This document shows, one piece after another, positions 58,208-64,000 of a stretch of 64,000 bases of DNA. Where the stretch lies: NCBI GenBank assembly GCA_040390125.1, contig JAZJYZ010000001.1, forward strand, positions 307,026 to 371,025. Reading direction: 5' to 3'. The translations under genes and the position numbers were made by a program. Position 1 is the first letter of the stretch; each line of letters begins with the position of its first letter. A model generated the notes under the pieces. That model made no database searches. It worked only from the letters and a program-made list of their open reading frames with translations, and was not told the origin of the DNA. Origin of the DNA: Patescibacteria group bacterium. GTDB lineage: Bacteria > Patescibacteriota > Minisyncoccia > Phycocordibacterales > Phycocordibacteraceae.

Positions 58208-58534
58208 TTAGGCTTGAGAGCTTCCCTCAACGCTCTCACCCATGTCAGGGTCAGGAAGAAAAGTGACTCTCGGGATGGTGTGTAATCGTGCTTGTGTCTT
58301 TAAGAATGCAAGAAACTCTTGTCGTTGGCGTGATAGGAAATCTGCAACGGCGTGTGTCTGGTCTTTTGGCATCACACTTACAAAGATGCGTGCCATTTTC
58401 CCGCCATCGGCAATTTGTACTTTTGTGACGGTAACGAGCGAACGCCGGTTTGATTCACGGTTGATAAAGTTTGCCGCTGCCGCACTTAATGCTGAAACAA
58501 AGCGCTCGTCTCTATGAATCTGGTCTCGTGGCAT
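58208..58534 (-). CDS. rbfA: Ribosome-binding factor A
   Basis: LVTVTKV, ARIFVSV, IPRVTF; follows infB. Confidence 0.85.
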   Translation of the reverse strand: MPRDQIHRDERFVSALSAAAANFINRESNRRSLVTVTKVQIADGGKMARIFVSVMPKDQTHAVADFLSRQRQEFLAFLKTQARLHTIPRVTFLPDPDMGESVEGSSQA

Positions 58535-58537
58535 GCT

Positions 58538-60037
58538 TCAGGATTTTTTGTGCATTGCACTTATGGTGTCACCAGAAACGATATCGGCTTTTGATTCCAC
58601 CTGTGCACCGAACTCCATTCCCTCGGGAACTGAATCAACGTCGGCACGTTGCATTTGAAGGTTGGTAATCTTGCCGGCTCCCACTTCAATGCCACGGCGA
58701 ATGATCATAACTTGATCTTTCAAATGAACGACGCCGGTCAATACTTTCCCGCCAACGACATGCTTTGCGCCTGCGCTTGAGAAGTGTTTTATGATGTGTG
58801 CGGTTCCAGAAATAGCATCTCCTTCCACTTCTGGTTTGTATTGCTTGATTTCTTCTTTCAACCAGTCACCGAGTTCGTAGATGATCGAACGGGTTTCAAG
58901 TGTGATGTGCTGTCTCTCTGCGAGATCTTTAGCAGAGGTGTCTGCTTTCACGTTAAAGCCAAGGACAATGGCAGGGGAGAATCCAATAAACGGCCTAATG
59001 TCATTATCAGAAATAGGCCCTACGTTTGCCGAGACGACATGCAGTTCAATGCCTTCTTCGGAGACTTTTGCGAGTTCATGTTCTAAGGCTTCGAGAGAGC
59101 CAGCAGTATCTGCTTTGAGGGCGAGGCGAATGAGAGTTCGTTTTTCAGGGGCGTCTCCCGTAGCTCCTTCTCTTGGTTTTGCCTGGGTCGGTCGTTTTGC
59201 TTCGTCTACAAATCTTTCTGCCTCTTTCTTTGTTTTGACCAGAATGAGTGTGGTTCCTACACGTGGTTCTGAATCAAATCCGGTAATGCGTGCTGGTTTA
59301 CCGCAAGAAATTTCTTTTACCTTTGCTCCAGTGAAGTCTTCTAGCGTGCGTAGTGGTGCCATTGCGCTTCCTGCCACGGCAAAGCCTCCAAGGGTTACTG
59401 TGCCCGCACGGATGATGACGGTGGCACTGATGCCTGCTTTTGGATCACGAGCAGATTCAAGCACTACGGCCTCAACGTCTTTTGTCTTGTCGCAGGTAAT
59501 GTTATGGAGGTCTGAAACGAGTCCAATGAGATCGAGAAGTTCAGGTACGCCAGCTCCTGTTTTCCCAGAAACTCCCACAAAAGGAATTTCACCCCCTAGG
59601 CCTTCGAGGTAGATACCGTTCTTCATTACGCTTTCTTTTGCACGCTCCAACGTGGCAGTGTCTTTATCAATTTTTGTGAAGGCGACAATAAAAGGAATAC
59701 CTGCCGCAAGTATTGCTTTGTGAGCTTCAAGTGTCTGGGGTTTTACACCGTCGTCAGCTGCAACAATAAGAATAGCGATGTCAGCGGAAGCACCAGCTCG
59801 AGCTCGCATCTTTTGGAACGCTTCATGGCCCGGAGTATCAATGAAGGTAATGTTGCGTACCCCCTCAGCCCCAGTATGAGTGACTTCATATGCGGAGACT
59901 CGTTGAGTAATTCCTCCTGTCTCTTTTGCAGCAACTGATGATTTGCGTATGTAGTCTAAAAGCGTCGTCTTTCCATGGTCAATGTGTCCCACAATGGCGA
60001 CGACTGGTTGTTTGCAGATGTTTGAGGTATCGGACAT
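58538..60037 (-). CDS. infB: Translation initiation factor IF-2 (short, no N-terminal domain)
   Basis: [36 protein letters not shown]. Confidence 0.95.
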   Translation of the reverse strand: MSDTSNICKQPVVAIVGHIDHGKTTLLDYIRKSSVAAKETGGITQRVSAYEVTHTGAEGVRNITFIDTPGHEAFQKMRARAGASADIAILIVAADDGVKPQTLEAHKAILAAGIPFIVAFTKIDKDTATLERAKESVMKNGIYLEGLGGEIPFVGVSGKTGAGVPELLDLIGLVSDLHNITCDKTKDVEAVVLESARDPKAGISATVIIRAGTVTLGGFAVAGSAMAPLRTLEDFTGAKVKEISCGKPARITGFDSEPRVGTTLILVKTKKEAERFVDEAKRPTQAKPREGATGDAPEKRTLIRLALKADTAGSLEALEHELAKVSEEGIELHVVSANVGPISDNDIRPFIGFSPAIVLGFNVKADTSAKDLAERQHITLETRSIIYELGDWLKEEIKQYKPEVEGDAISGTAHIIKHFSSAGAKHVVGGKVLTGVVHLKDQVMIIRRGIEVGAGKITNLQMQRADVDSVPEGMEFGAQVESKADIVSGDTISAMHKKS

Positions 60038-60135
60038 CTGCGAAGAATGCCACGAAATCTTTAAATTTTCAATATTTTAAGCCTCAATTTTCAAACTGAC
60101 AGTATCAGTGAAAATTGTACATTGAACCTTAAAAA

Positions 60136-60642
60136 TTATGTTTTAACTTTAAGATTATTTTTCGCTTCTTCGATTGCTCCCTTTTCTTCTTCAGACAGCT
60201 CACGTTCGGATACAAATTTTTTCACCGCTTTGGCGTATACACGTACTCCGTCTCTCGCATGAATGCCCGAAAGTACGGTGCCATCTCCTTGCTCATTAAG
60301 TAGTGCAACAATGAAGCTCTGCTGACCGCCTTCTCCGCCAAATGGGTCGAATCGTCGAACCGCTATTCCACGGATAGATTTTTCTAGACGCGCATCAATG
60401 TTGTCGAATGCGGTGGCTGATTTGAGTGCATGTGCTTCAAGTTCCCCGACACGTTCCTGTAATTTTCGAATAGTACCCTCAAGTGTTTTTCCATCGCCAC
60501 CACGCACCAATCGTCTGAGTCTCCGAAATAGAAAGAAATCTTGAATGAGAGCCCACACTACAAGAATAGTGAGTCCTGAAAGCACAGGATTTCCTTCAAT
60601 TGCTTCGATGATGTGTTGCACGACGATATCAGCACCTTCCAT
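60136..60642 (-). CDS. DUF4446 family protein
   Basis: RFDPF...GGQQSF.VALL...G.VLSGIHAR..RVYAK. Confidence 0.85.
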   Translation of the reverse strand: MEGADIVVQHIIEAIEGNPVLSGLTILVVWALIQDFFLFRRLRRLVRGGDGKTLEGTIRKLQERVGELEAHALKSATAFDNIDARLEKSIRGIAVRRFDPFGGEGGQQSFIVALLNEQGDGTVLSGIHARDGVRVYAKAVKKFVSERELSEEEKGAIEEAKNNLKVKT

Positions 60643-60715
60643 ATAGTGTAAAAGTATACCTTATGAAAATTGAAAATTTCGTACTCTGCTTTCTCGAGTT
60701 ATTATAGTAAAAGCT

Positions 60716-61936
60716 ATGTCCGATAATCATCGCATCTATCTCGATAACGCCTCCTCGACGCCAGTGCATCCAAAAGTTGCGAGAGCGGTGTATATGGCAC
60801 TTGAAGACATTTCAGGTAACCCGAGTGCCCCAAACACGGAAGGCCGAAAGGCGTATGAAGCAATAGAAAGAGCTCGCAAACAAATCGCTGACAGTCTCAA
60901 AGTTAAATCAGAAGAACTTCTGTTTACTTCAGGTGGCACTGAATCAAATAATCTTGCGATTCTTGGGCTTGCTGAAGCATTGCATTCAAAAGGGATCGAG
61001 TATTCGAAAATTCACATAGTGACGAGCACCGTTGAGCACAGCTCCATTTTGAAGACGCTCGAGATTCTGGAGTCTAGAGGAGTCCTCGTGATCTATGTCG
61101 ACCCTGATTTCGATGGGATTGTTCGTGCGGATTCTATTGTGGGTGCCATTACTCCTCAAACGGCTCTGGTAACTCTGGCACATGTGAACAGCGAAACAGG
61201 CATCATTCAGCCTCTCTCTGACATCAGTACGGAAATACTTCGATGGAAAGGTCGAGAAATAAGTGCATTTAAAAACTTGGTACCGGAGGCGTCCTTTCCG
61301 ATATTTCATATCGATGCCGCACAGTCACCACTGTACTTGGATGCAAGCCCCCATGCCTTTCGTGGAGATTTAGTTTCATATGATGCGCAAAAGTTGCGTG
61401 GCCCCAAAGGTATTGGTGTTTTGTTTCGTGATTTTTCCGTGCCACTTGTGCCAGTGTGGGGTGGAGGTACGCAAGAGAGAGGTATTCGTCCCGGAACTGA
61501 AAACGTTGCTGGAATCGTTGGTGCAGGAGTTGCATTTTCACTTGCGAAAGAAGGAAGAGCCGAGAGGGAAGTTCGTATTCGGGAACTCCGTGATTACTTA
61601 ATTGAATTGGTACTCCATGCTGTGCCGGACGCTGAATTAATCGGGCATCCAAAACGTCGCATTGCATCAAATGCGCTTTTTACGATTCCTGGAGCGGATG
61701 GCGATTATCTTTCGGTTCTCATGGATGAGGCAGGTGTGGCAGTTTCTCCACGGAGCGCCTGTGTTGGTACTGGTGGAAATATATCGCATGTAGTCATGGC
61801 GTTAACGGGCGATGAAAAAAAAGCAAAAGGAACTATACGTTTCTCCCTTGGAGTGGATACAACAAAAATTGACATTGAGCACGCCGTTTCTGCCCTCAAA
61901 GCTGTCCTCACCGTCGCCCGGTCGGGTCTCCACTAA
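60716..61936 (+). CDS. iscS: Cysteine desulfurase (IscS/NifS type)
   Basis: YLDNASST, FTSGGTESNN, DAQK (PLP lysine), RPGTEN, SAC. Confidence 0.88.
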   Translation: MSDNHRIYLDNASSTPVHPKVARAVYMALEDISGNPSAPNTEGRKAYEAIERARKQIADSLKVKSEELLFTSGGTESNNLAILGLAEALHSKGIEYSKIHIVTSTVEHSSILKTLEILESRGVLVIYVDPDFDGIVRADSIVGAITPQTALVTLAHVNSETGIIQPLSDISTEILRWKGREISAFKNLVPEASFPIFHIDAAQSPLYLDASPHAFRGDLVSYDAQKLRGPKGIGVLFRDFSVPLVPVWGGGTQERGIRPGTENVAGIVGAGVAFSLAKEGRAEREVRIRELRDYLIELVLHAVPDAELIGHPKRRIASNALFTIPGADGDYLSVLMDEAGVAVSPRSACVGTGGNISHVVMALTGDEKKAKGTIRFSLGVDTTKIDIEHAVSALKAVLTVARSGLH

Positions 61937-62003
61937 TCTTTCACTCGCATTACTTGTTGTTCAAAGCTGAAAGCTGTAAGCTGAAAGCTAGAAGCTTCTG
62001 CAT

Positions 62004-62840
62004 ATGGATATCGAAGAGCTAACAAAATTTCAAATCGTCCTCCTCGTTCTTTTGGTGTCGTTCGTCACATCAATAGCGACTGGTATTGTGACTGTGTCAT
62101 TGCTTGCACAGGCGCCTCCAGGGGTGACACAAACTATCAATCAAGTTGTTGAGAGAACTATAGAAACGATAGTGCCTACAAATACAACGAATCCTGGTAC
62201 TACGAAAGAAACTACGGTTGTAGTGAAAGAGGATGACCTTATCACCGCTTCTATTTCACAGTCCCTCGGAAAGACTGGACGTGTCTTTGCTGGAATTTCT
62301 ACTACCACTCCAATTGTTGGTCTCGCTGCACAAATTGGACCTGCACTTTTTATTACGGATTCAAGTATCGTCGAGAAGGATCATCTTGTAGTTGTTGGTG
62401 CCACAACCGCAGTGTTTACGGTGTCACAGCGATTTCCTGAAATTGGTATTGCGACTCTTGTGCCAAAAACTTCCACGACCACTTTGGGAGCATCGTTCAA
62501 GATTGGTGATGTTGGTGCACTAAAGCTCGGAGCAACGACAGTAGCATTAGTAAGTGTCACTCAGGAGCGTGTTGCTATTGGTGCAGTAGCTTCCCGAACT
62601 GCCTCTACCGATGTTATTCCCGCAAAAGGTGTGGCACCAGTTTCAGTCAGGAATATAGACACCAACATAAATACAGCTCTTGTCTCAGGAACACCACTAG
62701 TGAATATTTTCGGAGATTTAGTCGGTATTCAAACGGGTGTCTCGCAACTTTCCGGAGGGGGCACCTTTATCGCTGTCAGTGATATCTTGGCACTTTTGAA
62801 AGCTTCTCAGGCGAGTTCCACACCAAAAGCTAGCTTCTAG
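62004..62840 (+). CDS. Membrane-anchored trypsin-like (HtrA-like) protein, probably inactive
   Basis: N-terminal TM; SGTPLVNIFGDLVGI; the His position reads TDSSIV. Confidence 0.6.
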   Translation: MDIEELTKFQIVLLVLLVSFVTSIATGIVTVSLLAQAPPGVTQTINQVVERTIETIVPTNTTNPGTTKETTVVVKEDDLITASISQSLGKTGRVFAGISTTTPIVGLAAQIGPALFITDSSIVEKDHLVVVGATTAVFTVSQRFPEIGIATLVPKTSTTTLGASFKIGDVGALKLGATTVALVSVTQERVAIGAVASRTASTDVIPAKGVAPVSVRNIDTNINTALVSGTPLVNIFGDLVGIQTGVSQLSGGGTFIAVSDILALLKASQASSTPKASF

Positions 62841-62941
62841 CTTTTGGTGTGGGGCTGCTAGCTTTAATTTCAGAAAAGCTAGCACCTAGAAGCTTTTTCA
62901 TGTTTGTAACAAAATAATTACCCGAGTGGTATAATAGGCAT

Positions 62942-64000
62942 ATGCCTCCTCCATTCGGAAACTTCACAACGAAAGCAAAAGAAGCAGTACGCAAAGCCCA
63001 CGAGCTGGCTATTGAGCGTGGACAAAATCACGTAAGCTCACTGCACTTGGTGGGTGCTCTCGTGATGCAGGAAGAGTCAATTGTTCTGGCTATCTTAGAG
63101 CGACTCGACGTTGACACCGTTCTTTTTACGGATTCTGTTATCGAACTTCTTGAAGTTCCTCCAACTGGCTCAGTGTTGTCACCGTCGTATCAGTTGTATC
63201 TAACTCCCGATTTAGCACAAGCGCTCGAGTCTGCGGTCAAGATTGCCGGCTCATTCAACGAATCATTTGTCTCTGTCGAACACCTCTTCCTCGGTATCCT
63301 CGAACATCCAGGACCTGCTGCTGAGATTTTTAATCGGTTTCGCATTGATCGCAATGCGGTTGTTTCTGTCATGCAGGAATTTCGTGCAGGACGTACCACT
63401 GAAAGCGAAGCTCCGAAGAAAATGCGCGCCTTGGGAAAATACACTCGCAACCTTACAAAATTAGCGGCCGACAATAAGCTTGATCCTGTTATTGGTCGTG
63501 ACATTGAAATCAATCGAGTTATTCAAATTTTGTCCCGTCGTACAAAAAATAACCCGATTCTCATCGGAGAAGCGGGTGTTGGTAAAACTGCAATTGCGGA
63601 AGGGTTAGCTAGTCGTATGGCAGTAAATGATGTGCCGGAATCTCTGAAGGGGAAAGAACTTTTAATGCTTGATCTTGGTATGTTGATTGCTGGCACGAAG
63701 TACCGTGGCGAGTTCGAGGAACGCTTGAAGACCATAATGAAAGAAGTTGAAAAAGCCGATGGAAAAGTGATTTTGTTTGTTGATGAAATTCATACACTGG
63801 TTGGTGCCGGTGCCGCTGAAGGTGCAATGGATGCATCCAACATGCTCAAACCTGCATTAGCGCGTGGTGATTTCCGAGTAATTGGTGCTACGACACTGAA
63901 GGAGTACCAACAACACATTGAACGTGATCCTGCACTCACTCGGCGTTTCCAACCCGTGTTTGTCCAAGAGCCATCCGTTGAAGATGCTATTGCTATCCTT
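62942..64000 (+). CDS. ATP-dependent Clp protease/chaperone ATPase subunit (ClpC/ClpB), 3'-truncated by window
   Basis: Hand-read: [45 protein letters not shown]. Confidence 0.93.
   Translation, partial: MPPPFGNFTTKAKEAVRKAHELAIERGQNHVSSLHLVGALVMQEESIVLAILERLDVDTVLFTDSVIELLEVPPTGSVLSPSYQLYLTPDLAQALESAVKIAGSFNESFVSVEHLFLGILEHPGPAAEIFNRFRIDRNAVVSVMQEFRAGRTTESEAPKKMRALGKYTRNLTKLAADNKLDPVIGRDIEINRVIQILSRRTKNNPILIGEAGVGKTAIAEGLASRMAVNDVPESLKGKELLMLDLGMLIAGTKYRGEFEERLKTIMKEVEKADGKVILFVDEIHTLVGAGAAEGAMDASNMLKPALARGDFRVIGATTLKEYQQHIERDPALTRRFQPVFVQEPSVEDAIAIL

Noticed and set aside
1-64000. Alternative genetic code (TGA read as Gly, as in Gracilibacteria/Absconditabacteria)
   Set aside because: Conserved genes are uninterrupted under code 11 and several (htpX, pth, ahcY) end at TGA at the expected position.

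Overview
Chromosomal window from a small-genome bacterium, most likely Patescibacteria (CPR, Parcubacteria-like). This assignment is an inference from the short IF2, a VirB2/TrbC-like pilin array, a degenerate HisRS paralog, a divergent bS21 and apparently leaderless genes. Most of the window is housekeeping genes (lemA, htpX, murJ, lepA, valS, tsaD, orn, tsaC, ahcY, trxB, ftsZ, ftsA, ybeY, lepB, pth, rpsA, gyrA, rbfA, infB, iscS, a partial Clp ATPase), plus RNase P RNA, 11 tRNAs and a stress/accessory cluster at about 1.4-9 kb. No CRISPR array, rRNA, integrase, transposase or reverse transcriptase was seen. The most striking unexplained structure is non-coding. Five tRNA genes carry short (about 140-260 bp) downstream elements with a related hairpin core ending in TGACC. 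Each element contains antisense and/or sense copies of its own host tRNA's 3' end, and the sense copy starts at the T-loop. A second element family duplicates tRNA 5' ends, and one tRNA-Gly sits between the two matching ends of a different tRNA. The window also has dispersed heptamer-repeat arrays, often carrying 33-bp or 52-bp modules, three of which lie in frame inside lepA, valS and tsaD. Several small ORFs fall below the ORF-track cutoff. All family calls come from motif recognition, with no database search.
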